The position numbers and the translations under genes are program-made. Below are positions 27,497-52,433 of a stretch of DNA of 64,000 bases, one piece after another. The stretch's first letter is position 1; each line of letters begins with the position of its first letter. The notes below the pieces were generated by a model that was given only the letters and a program-made list of their open reading frames with translations, was not told the origin of the DNA and did not search any database. The stretch covers positions 3,499,957-3,563,956 of the forward strand of contig CAVNZM010000016.1 in assembly GCA_963693365.1 (NCBI GenBank), in the 5' to 3' direction. Origin of the DNA: Amoebidium appalachense (taxonomy: Eukaryota > Protista > Ichthyosporea).

Positions 27497-28768
27497 CTGA
27501 CACACACACACACACTGACACACACACACACACACACACGGGGGGGCCATATCGAACGAGTGTGCATGTCATGATTTATGTTATATTGCTAATAGTTCCG
27601 AATTGAATGTTACTTTTATAGATTTCTCTCTCCTTCTGCCAGCCCCCCGTGCCACAACTTATTAGTACAGGTATGAGTAAAAGATTATTTCGTATAATTC
27701 GTACTGAAATAAAATCCAGGATTTTTTCTTTTTACGTGGGTGACGCCTACCTTACCTTACATTCCCCCACCCTCCGGGCCCAGTTCCCTGCGCTCTCCCC
27801 CCCTTCCCCCCCCCCCCCCCCCACACCCCCCCCCCCCCCTCCCCCTCCCTCCAACACACACACATACACACACAAACACGCACACGCATACACACCCGCA
27901 CAACCTCACACGCACACAGACAACTCACTCCATCCTTGCGTGTGCACACACAAACACACGCACCAGCCATGGCATCCACCTACCACCCACCCACCCACTC
28001 CCGCCTTCGAACTTGATCTACAGAAACAGCTCTCTACGCGTATGTCGGAGATAAAGGGAGGGGGAAAAAGAGAAAGAGAGGGGGGGGGGGGGGGGGGGGG
28101 GACTAAAGAAAAGACCGAATTTGAAGTTCTCGCACTTTATCTTCCCCAGCCTCGAGATTCGTTTGCAGGGGTATTCTAGGATGTTGGAGTATTCACGGAT
28201 ATTCTTCTCGTGGAACAATTATTCTACATCTGGGACGGGGCAAGTTCGTATGACAATGTCGCTTATAACTTTTCCGAAACGCTATCGTGACGGACCATGA
28301 GTGGAACAACTTGCCAGCTAAGCAGTGATGAAGCACACCTCAGCATGTGTTCTGTATATATTTCATGCGATGGGGAGAGGGGGAGAGAGAGGGGGGGCGG
28401 AGGGGGGAGGGGGGGATGACTCTTAGGTGGGGCTGGGCGGGGGGAGGGGGGGGGGGGGGGGGGGGGAGCTCAGGGGAGGGGGGGGATTCGAAAATTTGTG
28501 TATACGCACGCACATGCTCATGAACAAAATTCACCCATCTCTTTTGCAGTCATGTTGAAGTTTTGTATTTCCTTCTCTTGTCACAGAATTTAAATCAGAA
28601 TTACAAGAAAAGAAATAATTTTTTTATAAAACAATAAAAAAAGTAGGAATTTAGCACCGTCAATGCATTAATTATTTGATGGGAAAACACCCTGTAACTT
28701 GAAGCTTGCAGTAGATTTGAGCTCGTCGACTTTGTCCGGGATAACATGTGCAAAACCTTCAATTTCTC

Positions 28769-28888
<120 letters not shown>

Positions 28889-28958
28889 TAAAGGGGGGCG
28901 AAGGGGTGGGGGGGGGAGAGGGAGGGGAGAGGGGGAGGGGGAGGGGAGAGAGAGAGGA

Positions 28959-28991
<33 letters not shown>

Positions 28992-29938
28992 TAGAGAGAC
29001 TTAGGGAGGGAGGGAGGGATGGACGGAGGGGAGGGGGGTTTTGAATGCGTCAAAAAGTGCGAAGTACACAAGAACAAACGGATAACACGATGCAGAATGC
29101 AAGCCATACATAAAGAATATGCATAATAAGCAGAGCCCATCCTCAGGGGGGGCCCCACGTCATCCACAGTACCTGAGTGTCGACCTATTCCCCTCGTTAA
29201 CGAAACCCAACTCAGATACTGTTTCACTTGAACATGAGTAGGTCACCCGTCTTGATCAGAGACGAGCAGGGTTGCTTATGCAGGCAAGGGCAGTGGGAAA
29301 GGCCGGGGGTTAAAGTTGCAGCAGTAAGCAGAAGCAAGAAAAATATAGATAGGAACTCAGGAGACGGGGCTTCTAGGAAGCTCCCCCGTCGATACCTAAG
29401 TCGATACTTCCCTGGCTAACATACTACACCAGCTGAAAAGAATTAAGTCCCGAAGGCCGCAGAATTCGCAATCAGAGGGGAAAATATGAATTTTGACCCA
29501 CGCCGCAGGGTAGTAACACGCTTACTAGGGCGGAACTTTATCGTCTTCGAACGGAAAGCTATGCCCCCGGATGTCAGCCGGAAATATGGTATCACCCATT
29601 GCTTTGGGCTTGAAAAAAGCCAAACCGATAGTCCGAGTTTTGTTACGCCGGCGGGTAACATGCCGCATGGGTTCCAAGGGAGCTGTCGCCAACAGAGCGG
29701 TGTGTGCATGCGTGCGCGTAACGCAATGTGTGAAGTGTGTCTATAGCTATGAAAGGGGGTATGCAGAAGTGGACAGATGAAGTGTGTGGAGAGAAAAACA
29801 GTAAGAAGAAAAGTAGACACCGGTATGTGCAACCCCGCACAACATACACACACACACACACACACACGCGCGCACATAAATAAGCGAAGATTACAGGTAA
29901 TCAACCAGAACAACAAATGATAAGCAAAACAACAGGCG

Positions 29939-30064
<126 letters not shown>

Positions 30065-30541
30065 GTGGGGGGGGGGGGGGGGGGAGGGGGGGGAGGGGGA
30101 GGGGGGTCTTAGGGATGCTGCAGAATCGTCAGATATTAGACAAATCGTACCAATACGATCATTCTCTCATATATGTGAGAAGATTGTGACTAACGATGTG
30201 CAGAGCTGGTTAAGACCTGTTGAGTGTGCAGAGAAAATGGGAGGGGAAGGAGGAGGGGAAGGGGGGGGGGTGGGTGTGAAGTAAGAGAGGGGAGGGAATG
30301 TTAGAGTGTCAGTAGTCTCAGGGGACCCTGCAGAGTCGTTAGATGTCAGACAAAAACGCACCAACGACCAAGTTCTCCGAGGGGAGAAGTGCGTAAAACG
30401 TTCTGCAGAGTGGGTTAGAGACCTGCTGATGAGAAGAGTGTATACAGGGTTTGGCCAGGGGGGGGGGGGGGGGGGGGGAAGGGGGGGGGGGGGGGGGGGA
30501 GAAGAAGGTAGGAGGGGAAGGGGGGGGAGGAGAGAGGGAAA

Positions 30542-30573
<32 letters not shown>

Positions 30574-30635
30574 CCCTGTGGTGGACAGATCAGAGACGAG
30601 ACCTCCATTTCAAAGAGGGGGGGGGGGGGGGGGGG

Positions 30636-30674
<39 letters not shown>

Positions 30675-30710
30675 GGACGCCCAGGAATTCAACAAGGGTC
30701 ACCTCAGACA

Positions 30711-30743
<33 letters not shown>

Positions 30744-31184
30744 CACACACACACACACACGCGCGGCGTACCCAATCCACCATATGTGCACGCTTTTTTT
30801 CAAAATATGACCCGACCCCACCACTGGCAAATGCATGCATTATCGAGGGAAAGGTAGGAATAGAATTTGAAGAAGCACTGTGCGGATACTTGTTTTCCGA
30901 TTTCCATGGAGAGAGCAGAATCTAAATGATGTTGAAAAAGACATTGAGAGAGCAGATTCCAATTGATGTGGAAAAAGACAAAGATTTCCGAACTCAATAT
31001 ACAAGTTTCGAATATTTATTTTGACCGTGCAACAAGCGGGGTATTATGTACACTAAAGCCAGAAGCAAAACACACATAGCCAGACACCTCATAAGTTAAC
31101 TCTCCAACTAAACTCCCTCATAAGTTAACTCTCCATATATAGCATGATCAAGTGCCGGCCCGTCTATCAACAGACAATTGAGTC

Positions 31185-41986
<10,802 letters not shown>

Positions 41987-42379
41987 GGCAATATGCAAAC
42001 ACAGACTGACAGAGAGAGAAAAAACTGCTAGGAGCGTAAAAGTAAACAACGAAATGTCGATGCCACACTCTGCGAGTGTCTGCCTCACGTACGAGTGTGA
42101 AGAAAAAACTGCCGTTTTCAGCAATATATGCAATTTTTTATTTTTATTTTTGCCGATGGAATTCGCCATGTTATTCTCCAGAAAAAACTGCTAAAATGTC
42201 CCAAATTACACAGCTGATTTATCCAAAGAGATGTTAAATGTCTACACATGCAAGAGTTGCTTTGGACTTCTGGCTTGCAGTTGAAACGATAAAATCCAAA
42301 CATAGATATGTGATAGGTTTATGATATTTTGAAAAATTTAGAACAACGGCAAAACTTTCCACAATTGGGATAAAATAAT

Positions 42380-42513
42380 GATGCTACGATGGCATTGAAA
42401 TGCATTGAATTGTTGCCTAGCATGTACATATGTCAATAGCTGCATTTGATTGGCTGCGCTGGAAAACGCAGTGGGCCGTTGCATAACGACGCAATAAAAA
42501 GTGTGTAAACCCC
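42380..42513 (+). mobile_element. Diverged solo 3' tail of the non-LTR element found at 56-60 kb
   Basis: Aligns by eye with 60088-60232: CTACGATGGC...ATTGTTGCCTAGCATGTACATATGTCA...GCTGCATTTGATTGGCTG.GCTGGAAAACGCAGT.GGCCGT...ACGCAATAAAAAGTGTGTAAACCCC. Confidence 0.85.
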
Positions 42514-42803
42514 GAGTCCTTGGAATTTTTTTCTATTTTTTATAATGACTTTATGGAAAAAAAAAAATTTCGGGAAGCGCCTGGTTCGGTTTTTATTCGC
42601 GAAAAACCTGACGCTGCAGCAGCGGCGTGCGCCAGGATCCACTTCACGCAGCTGCGCATGCTATTTTTTAGTAGGGCGAGTCACCGCCGAGTCAGCTTGT
42701 GAGGGGGGGGGCATGCCATAGGACAGCCTGAGGGGTTCAAGGTACTGGAGGGGTCCATGCCATGGGAGGTATGTAGCCTGGGGGGAGGCCCCGGGGGGGA
42801 GGG

Positions 42804-45505
42804 TGCGACATCGAAATGTGATGGGAACATGAATTTGAACACGGATATAAGTCGGATGGGGGACGGATGGTCACAGCTGTCGTTGACAGGAAATATGTTT
42901 AGGACAAGGAAAAGACTGAGGACGCCAGGTCCCGGAAGCCCCATTTACATCGTGATGTTTATTGATCTGGAGGGCTTCCGTGTCTGGGGTGACTCGATGT
43001 ATATCTACCTCACATGTTAACGTTAACTCCGCGTTGTTCCCTGTGCCATATGTGGCACCAAAAATAAATAAATTATGTACCCGAGATTCAAAAATCAAAA
43101 TCTCGCGCTGCTGGCCACCTACGGAGGTGCTTTTTGCTTACCTAATTAGGTTATGTATTTTCCTTTGGTAAGAAGTCAAAGTTACCGGTATATAACTTAG
43201 TTTTCTAGGTTAGGTAAGCGTTTTCCTTCGAGGGGTCTATATTTTCAGAAGTGGCCGGCAATTGTCGCGTCCGGCGGCGGCCTGTGCCCTATCCCGGGAT
43301 TTGGCTCAGCCGTTGGCTGAGGCAGTCAGCCAAAATTACACATTCCAACGCCTGTGCAATAAAAAAGCGTATGTGCTTGATTTTAGCGGTTTTGGGTGCT
43401 TCTGCTTGAATGGAAGCTATAAAAACAACACAGAAACATATATTATCATTGAAAATTAATATACTTTAAACCCCATTTGCACAAAAAACGGGGAAAATGA
43501 GCAGGAGCTCCCAGTTTCGCTCCCAGCCGATAGCGTGGTCACCTCGTACTACATAGATCAGGGGTCTCAATAGATCACACCGTGCAAAGCATCTATAGCC
43601 TGATCTATAGACACGCGACGAAATACGGTATGGGTTTTTAGATTTCATAATAACAAACATGCAAGAAAGATGCAAATTATATGCTAATGCGCTAATATCT
43701 CTAAAGAAAAGGCCTTTTAGGGAAATGCAATATGCTTTCAATGTGATGCTCCACATCACCCTGTACGCAAAACATAAAGAAACAAAACAGAAGCGCAGAC
43801 GATAGCTCAGAAAGGGGTTCATTGCATCCGGAGTGAGGTTCACGCTGATAGGCTGGGCTGTCGACAATAAAACACGACGTGTGAAAATGGTTTTGTAAAC
43901 GGGCGATATAAACAGGCATGGTATATTGTTGATTATCATTTTGACGCTTGAATAACTTACATTATATTATCTGCTCAGTACACGATCATAATCAATACTG
44001 CATTACAGGGAAAGGAAGAACCTTTTGCGATATATACTTCAAACACATCATGAGAACCGCCTGTCATTGGTGTTATATCATGCATTATGCTTCTCCAGTC
44101 TTCAGGTATGCACAAATAGTGGCTTAAAAGCGGCTCGTCTCTCTGCACTCGAGCGTGATTGACCGGGTGATCAGCCGGAAAAGCGGTTTTTTGCTTTACG
44201 TGTATCTAATTTACAGGGTTCATGCGCCTTGAGCCCCAAATCGGCCGCGAAAAAGTCACAAAAGTGTGTCCGATCACGTGTTCCTACTTATAAACCCGCG
44301 TTTTTTTTTACAAATGCCTAGATGACACACATATCGTGCTCGGGTTGTAATGGTAATCGTAAATAATCATTTCTTCACATTAAAGTATACATGTGTTTCA
44401 GACTCATTTTGCCTGAAAACGGGAGCGCACAAGAGAAGGATAGTGTGTGTCCTCACACATGGATAAGGCTAGTACGTGGGTGCAAACATAAAAGCATGTG
44501 GATGCATACTAGGGGTAGGGGGGGCGTCACAGTGTATATGTCAGGGACAGGCAAACCTCCAAGCCATCCCCTAACCACACGTGGGCGGGCTGCAGTGCCT
44601 CTGAGGATGACCTCACGTGGGTACAAAACATAAAAGCAAAACATGTAAGCAGAGGCGAGCAAGAGCGAGAAGGCATGGCATAGATCTTCCGGATGTACAT
44701 GTTGAAATATATCGTGATTGGGTATATACACGTAGTTTGCGCAAACAACGGCTGTTCAGACTGAAGGAAAACACACGACTCTAGTGATCGTCAGGTAGTG
44801 ATCTTAACCACCATGTGGGCACAAGCAAAGTCCGAGACTCACACCCTCCGGCAAACGTGTGCTGGGCTTAGTGTCTGGCCGGCACCCATTATGCGGGATT
44901 AGCAGCACACGGGGGTGGCGTTTCTCGTGTTTTGCTTATACGCACAAAGTATCAGGACCAAAACTTGCCGATCACTAGTACTGTGGTCGTGTATGGAAAA
45001 ATGGGAAAAGATGCTGATGCGCTCATGAGAAATGGGCTGGTGCGAAAACCGAGTTGTGTGTGCTACAATATGAAAAATGATACACGATATGGCTGTTGCA
45101 AAAAAAATGGCCTCATTGCGGGGCGACGTCCGAATAAGTAAGCAAATGCATCCTCGTGTATCCGTAGTTATCCGTGGACTGCTGTGACCATCCGTCCGTA
45201 AAAATGAGCTATCGTACCATGCTAGCAGAGCGCGCGTGTGGAAGCGTGTTTACCCATGGTTACCCCCGAGGGAGACCTTCCTTTTCTGCTACCATGCGAC
45301 ATCGAAATGTGATGGGAACATGAATTTGAACACGGATGTAAGTCGGATGGGGGACGGATGGTCACAGCTTTCGTTGACAAGAAATATGTTTAGGACAAGG
45401 AAAAGACTGAGGACGCCAGGTCCCGGAAGCCCCATTTACATCGTGATGTTTATTGATCTGGAGGGCTTCCGTGTCTGGGGTGACTCGATGTATATCTACG
45501 TCACA
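42804..45505 (-). mobile_element. Non-autonomous LTR retrotransposon (TRIM/LARD-like), 2.7 kb
   Basis: 211-bp direct repeats at 42804-43014 and 45295-45505 with TG...CA ends and 4 mismatches seen; 4-bp TSD AGGG (42800-42803, 45506-45509); TGGTAGCAGA directly inside the right LTR on the - strand (45294-45285), complementary to an initiator tRNA-Met-type 3' end. No gag/pol ORF recognised; PPT weak. Confidence 0.88.
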
Positions 45506-45707
45506 AGGGGAGGAGGGGTGAGGGGAGGGGGGTTGAGGAGAGGACATGCACAGCTATGAGCACTGAACTGAAAAACTCCATAGTGGAGGAAAATCATCCC
45601 ACTTGTCACTGCGTTATTACCGGGTTACATCTAAAGAACGGCAGTTTTTCATCTGCGGATCATCATAGTATTAAGGCCTTTATAATACACTACAAACACT
45701 CATGTTC

Positions 45708-46581
45708 GTATGCGTCCACGCATAACATACTCCACGCACAACATAACGTCGATGCCGATTTTCAAAAATCTTAACATACTGACCTCGGTCATTTTTCGGG
45801 ATTATGTTAGCGCACCAAGGGGTCCTATACATAGTAGGACGAGTAATCGGGTTTATCTGGTCAGTTTAGACCCCCTATGTTTAGTATTTCGATCTCTTTC
45901 CCAGACAAAACAGTGGTTCGCCGTGATTTCAACGACCGCCCAAAGCTCGCCAGGGCCAATGATAGGCGGCGGCCGCACATCGCATGGTATGCAAAGGACT
46001 CATGTGGCCGACTATGTCGATAAACGAGCAGAAACATACGAAGGCCCCAACTAGTTCGAAGCAGTCTTGTATAGCTAGTTTTTACATCCTAGTCATATAG
46101 GCAGGTTGAATGCACATTAAACCCACCGATCATGACCAAGCCAGTAGTCCAGGTGCAGGCAGCTGCACTTGGGGCGTTGAATAGTGCACTGCACACAGTA
46201 AATGAGGCCACAGACAAGTTTCAGGAAACTACCCAAGAAGCCCAAGCAATCATTTCTGAGGGTTTTGTAAACGCAAACAACACAATCAACAACGCAACCA
46301 CACGTGCAATTGCACAAGCCGAAACGGCAAAAGCACAATTGCGCTCGCACATGGAGAGTTTAGAGAGCCGCAGAGCCCCCACACGCGCGGAATCGCTGAG
46401 TCTTTTCCGTGTGAGTTACGGTAATGGTTTGGAGCTTGATGAAACCCTGAATACGGATTTGTATGAGGCAAAGGGGGAGGGGTTGCCTCTTACTCGTGTA
46501 GGTGTGTGGTGCCAAATTCGTGGTGTGAGAGTAAGGTGTGAGGGAGCAGAAAGACTAGTACGTCCTTGTTTGTATGAGTTG

Positions 46582-46615
<34 letters not shown>

Positions 46616-46796
46616 CTTTTTTGGTTTGGTCCCCTTGAAAAAAATTAGTATGTTTTTATTATTATTTGAATCAAATACTTATTGATTTCCTCTATATTTA
46701 CTTATTTAGCGGGTTGGGGAGGAGGGGAGGGGGGGGGGTGGGGGGGGGGGGACTTGATGTACTAAATGCTAGACTTTCAAGTATTGATTTAGATTT

Positions 46797-46879
<83 letters not shown>

Positions 46880-47708
46880 CACACACACACACACATAGGC
46901 TTTCACGCTTTCAGCTTCTTTTTTTTTTTTTTTTTTTTTTTTCAAAGTTTTTTTTTTCCCCCCGAATTTCCCTATTTTTTTTTTTCACCATCTCAAAAAG
47001 GAACTAGTATAAGTATTCTTTGTTTATTCATTCATTTGATCAATTTATTATTTTTTTATATTTTATTTTATTTTATTTTATTTTTTATTTTATCACGTTT
47101 TGTTCCCGGAGGGCCTTTTCAGGCCCTCTAGGGAAACTACCGTCTACCACACAGCACCGACAGTACACTAGTTAAGGTGCTATCTATGAGTTCAGCTAAG
47201 CTAAACCATCCTTCACAACCTAACTATAAGTACACACTTTGCCCAGGGCTACTACCCCAGCCACGCCGGCAGGAGGCTCCAGTCCTCACCTCCATTCAAA
47301 ACCTAGCAATAAACGTTAACCGAGGGCTCTCATTGGTCGATCTACAGTATTGGGAAGGCCTAGGTGTTGTGTATAATATTTACGGTGGGTATGGGTGGAT
47401 GATGGGGTGTGGTGGTGGTGGTGGTGGGGGGTTGCTGCCTAACATTATGTGTTGTTGTACGTATGTTGTGGCGATGTTTTTGTGGACTAAAAGGTGGGTT
47501 TTACAGGGCACACCGGGTCTGTGTGTGTTCCGGCAGTCAGAACAGGCCGGCCGGGTGTGTGTGGGGGGTGTATTTGTTGGTGTTTTGGGTTTTTGATCAA
47601 TTTATTATTTGTTTACTACTATATTTATGTCATTTAGCGGTTTGCGGATTCCCCGCCCGATGGAGAGGCCCAGTGTGGCCTCCTGGGCGGGCGGGAGGGC
47701 GGGCGGGG

Positions 47709-47784
<76 letters not shown>

Positions 47785-47892
47785 AACATAATCGAGACGG
47801 GCTCTGGGAGCCTATTCTTAGATACTAATTAAAATTTAACATAACGACCTCGACCCTTGTCGGGGCGGTATGTTATGCGTGGACGCATACTG
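45708..47892. mobile_element. 2.2-kb element with 23-bp terminal inverted repeats and a 17-bp flanking direct repeat; no transposase seen
   Basis: GTATGCGTCCACGCATAACATAC at 45708-45730 and its exact reverse complement at 47868-47890 (followed by TG); TACAAACACTCATGTTC at 45691-45707 and 47893-47909. Confidence 0.8.
46132..46410 (+). CDS. First exon of a cargo gene encoding an Ala/Gln/Thr-rich amphipathic helical (coiled-coil-like) protein
   Basis: ATG-initiated non-repetitive ORF MTKPVVQVQAAALGALNSALHTVNEATDKFQETTQEAQAIISEGFVNANNTINNATTRAIAQAETAKAQLRSHMESLE..., with a GTGAGT donor near 46411. A possible later exon lies at ~47246-47363 (LLPQPRRQEAPVLTSIQNLAINVNRGLSLVDLQYWEGL). Confidence 0.55.
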
Positions 47893-48255
47893 TACAAACA
47901 CTCATGTTCAGCCATAGATAGGGACATTGAGTTCACCCCCCAAGCCCCTTCCTCCTTCATATCATCAAAGTATGTGCTGCTATTTAGGACGAAATATAGA
48001 GCCACATAGATAAACACGTCACATATGCTCGACATTCTGTCATAGGCGAAGCTGACTCCGGCGGCAACATTCAACCATCTTTCAGTTCAGTGCTCTCTCG
48101 GGGTCCCAGTTATCATGCTTATGAATGATTCGTTTTCGCGCCAAATTCATCGGAAACCAATCAGATCGTCGTGTGTCGTCATGATGGCTGGCGCCTTGTA
48201 AGGCGCCGGCGCCGGCGGGGATCAGTCGTGAAACGCGGCAAGTTTCCAAGTTTTT

Positions 48256-49320
48256 CATGTCGCTTACAAAAAAACTAAGAGTAAGGTGAGGCATGGTGAA
48301 TTTTGTACACCTTAGTGAATATCAGTGTGAAAAGTTTAGTCGTGGCCTTAAACTTACAGAACTTTCACAGGCCTCCCTGCATTCGGGTGACCGGGCTTCT
48401 GGAGCTGAAACTTGGCCCATGTTTTTAGATTTGAATTCTGCCGAAGGAAGGATAGAAATAGGGGGGGAATGTGCTGTTTATTAACGACATGTAGGTGAGC
48501 TGTGATGAGTTGTCGGCACCAAGGCCAACAGTACTTCCACCCAAGATATACATGTAATAAAATCGGTGTTAGAAATAAAATAGAAGTTGGTACATATGGA
48601 CACTTAGCTAGTGAATCCTCTTGTTATATTTGTACCAATTATAGGAAGCTGTAATGAAGCGGGTTAAGTCTCAACTTGCAGGTATACTCCCCCCCCCCCC
48701 CCCCCCCCCCCCCTCTCCCCCCTCCTGGCCACAGTCGTTTTCTCTGCCCGCCCTGCCCTGCCCGCCCTGCCCCGGCCCACCTCGTTACATCTTGAACATC
48801 GTTATTCTTTCAGTTTTTCCCTTTCTCTTAAACTTCTAGCAAATTTTCTTCTTCCCGCAAAAGGCAAGGCAACATACAACATACAACATCCACCGTTTGC
48901 CGAAGCGCTTTCCCGCAAATGTGGGCGCAGCAACTACCTTTCTTAGTTTACCTGGCTGCTTGCATAGTGTTTCGCGTTCCATTACAGTGCCGCACTTTTT
49001 CCTGCGTCTTCCTCAGCATTTCTGTCTCTTCAGAGCTACCTCTACCTGGGCCAATGCACATCCCCATCTGATCACATCGTTTGTTTGGAGCCTATTGTTG
49101 TCTGCCTGTCACAATTCAATTCGTTGCTTGTTGGTACCGCGGCGTGCGCCTGGTGCTTGTGTGTGCCCACGTGCCCATGCATTCTTACACGTATGCTCTG
49201 TGTAAATGTATGTGACTTGAAAGTCTGCCTATTATCTATGTAACCTGCGTGCGAACAAGCGAAAAGATAGTGGATGGGTTTATGTTACTAAAACCTGGGG
49301 GACCCGACCAAAAAGGGTTA
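48256..49320 (+). CDS. Probable 5' exons of the CxxC-rich gene (exact structure unresolved)
   Basis: Islands with splice-like borders: MSLTKKLR (~48257), EAVMKRVKSQLA (~48646-48681), KATYNIQHPPFAEALSRK (~48863-48920), ~49034-49078 and ~49260-49317. Phases could not all be reconciled. Confidence 0.4.
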
Positions 49321-49646
49321 CCACCGTCTTGCAAAAACACCACGCACTTGATACATAGACACACACACACTAGTGTACATAGCAAGTGTACATGCACACA
49401 CACCGAGTTACGCTGGAGTGCGCACGCCTACACAAAAACGTACGTCTTCACACACACAGGCATAGCCACATGCACACACCTACACACCTTGCACACATAC
49501 GTGCACATATACAGACACACACCCCACACACCCACACACTGTCCACACAAACACAGACACACGCACGCACACACAGGAACATGTGCACATGAACATACCA
49601 ATACACACGATAATGCACAACGACAAACACGTGCGCGCACACACAC

Positions 49647-49751
<105 letters not shown>

Positions 49752-49891
49752 TCCACAACACACCATGGATGCCGCACATTGAGGTATACACTAACATAGA
49801 AACACCCTAACACGCACAAAACATAGCCACACACAAAAACACACACATATGCGCACACTTCGTTCAAGCATGCACACACACGCGCACACGC

Positions 49892-50002
<111 letters not shown>

Positions 50003-50246
50003 CACACGCGCGCGCACACACACACACAACACAATCACACAATCACAAACCGACACAGATAGCCCCCCCCTTCCCCCTCTCCTCAACCCTCCCACCCACC
50101 CACCCACACACGCTTCAACACAAACAATGCAATACAAACACAGACTGACAACCTCCCCCTCTCCCCCCTTTCCGCCTCTCTTCCCCCCCCCACCCCCCTC
50201 CCCCTTCCCCCCTCGTTCACCTCTTTTTCGCCAACACACACATCAG

Positions 50247-50439
50247 ACCAGGAAAACATGGCGCCATCAGAGTACCAACACAAACGAATACAAGTAGGGG
50301 ACCAGCCCACCCAACCACCAAAAAAGAGAAAAATGAAAGACTCAGGGTCGGAGTCTACACTGTCTAGACTAGAACACTTGCATAAGGCTGCTAGGAAAGA
50401 GATGCAGGGACGACACGACGAGCAGGTTTGAAGTCCTTT

Positions 50440-50506
<67 letters not shown>

Positions 50507-51220
50507 CGGCGGCGGCTGCCCTTTTTCTCCTTTTTTCTCAATACATCCCTTAAAACTCACCCCTCCCGAACGCATTTCTCCTCCCCCCCCCCCCCCCTCC
50601 CCCTGTTTTCCCGCGTTTTTATTGGTGCAGTGTTACTAAGTTCTGAATGATTATTACTTTTTTTTTTTGTTGTTGTTGTTTTTGTTGTTGATGTTGTTAT
50701 TGTTATTTTCATTAATATTAGCTCTTCTCGTTGTCTTTAAATTAGTAGGTTAGTAGAGGTTTTTTTTTCCTTTTCTTTCTTTCTTATTTTTTTTTCTTCA
50801 TCACACCCACTGACTCTCTATTTGCAGATTTCAAACCTCGAGGCCCAATGGGCGCACCGGCACAGAGTCGAGACCCGACAGGCGCTCCGGCCAACACCAC
50901 AGCACCTACCACACATGCACCATATGTATGATGAACCCCCTAGTGCCCCCCTTCCCCAATTTAATTCAATAATGTTGTTTTCATTTTAGTGTTTCAAAAT
51001 CTTCTATTTATGGGCTCCCCCCCCCCCCCCCCCCCCCCACTCACCCTTCCCCCCCCCCCCCCCCCCCTGTCCTGCACCATGCTTCTCATCGTGTATGCGT
51101 ACTTCGTACTGTGTTCCGCATTCAAACCCCCCCCCCCCCCCCCCCCCCCGGAGGATCCCCGGTCACCGAAAAGAACCGAAAAGCTTTGCAACTACCATTT
51201 TAATGGCTCCATACCTACAA

Positions 51221-51255
<35 letters not shown>

Positions 51256-51949
51256 GCGCGGGCCCCCTGGGGTTTGGGCTCTACTTGGTGGTGCATACAC
51301 TTTGCTGCTGTTTCTCCAAACTCTGCAATATTGTTGTCCGTCGTGAACATGTTCTGCCGGAGTATAGCAAACCACCCCCCCCCCCCCCCCCCCCCCCCCG
51401 CTCTCCAGGTCTCACAACCGATTGTTTACATTTTATTGCTGTCTTTTCATTGGTTCAGCACCTTCTAAACTAGCAATACTCGTCTCCCTATGCTTCTCGG
51501 GTTCTCATCAACCCCCCCGTGTGCTCGGCAAAAAAAACCTCTGTTTCGTTCCCCGTTTGTTGCTCGTGATTTATCAGCAAATTCATTTTTGGAATTTTAA
51601 CACCCCCCCCCCCCCCCCCCCCTGCTCCTGGTTATATCTACACACATCTTTCCCGTTCTTCCCTACCCGCATTGAACTTTCGCACTCACCCGGGGTTTTT
51701 TTTTTTTTTTTTTGCCCTCCTCCAGAAAACACGCCGCACCTGCCAATGGTTGTGTGGGTTTAAAGGGAGCAGAGGGGGAGAAAGAGAGACAGATTAAGGC
51801 ACTGAGAGAGAGACAGGCACGGGAGATGGAGGCATTGCAGAGGTACTGTGTGTGTGTGTGTGTGTGTGTGTACGTGTGGAGAGGGGGGCAGGGTTAACGG
51901 GGGGGGGGGGGGAGGGGGGGGGGGGACGGACGAGGGATAGCGTGTGTGC

Positions 51950-52018
<69 letters not shown>

Positions 52019-52376
52019 CGCTCGTGTGTGCGTGCATGCGTGCGTGTTTGTGTGTGTGTGTGTGTGTGTGTGCTTGTGTGTGTGCGTGTGCGTGCGTGTG
52101 TGTGATTTGTGTGTGTGGGTGTATTTATGGTGTGTTTTTGGATTTATGTTTGTGCACATGTAGTGTATGGAAACAGAAGATCCAACAGGGGTGGGCTGAA
52201 TGTACGTTTCTCCTAATTTGAGATTCTAGCACCAACAATTTTGATGATTGTAGATTATAGCCGGCTAGGCTTCATGCCACAGTTTCCTTACGGGTTTACC
52301 TCCTCTTTCTAATATTCGAAGGAATATTTTTGGTTTGACAACAAACGGGTTTAAAGCAAATCAATGCTTTTATGGT

Positions 52377-52433
<57 letters not shown>

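Noticed and set aside
43015-45284. Short ORFs inside the LTR element as gag/pol
   Set aside because: No zinc knuckle, protease, RT, RNase H or integrase motifs.
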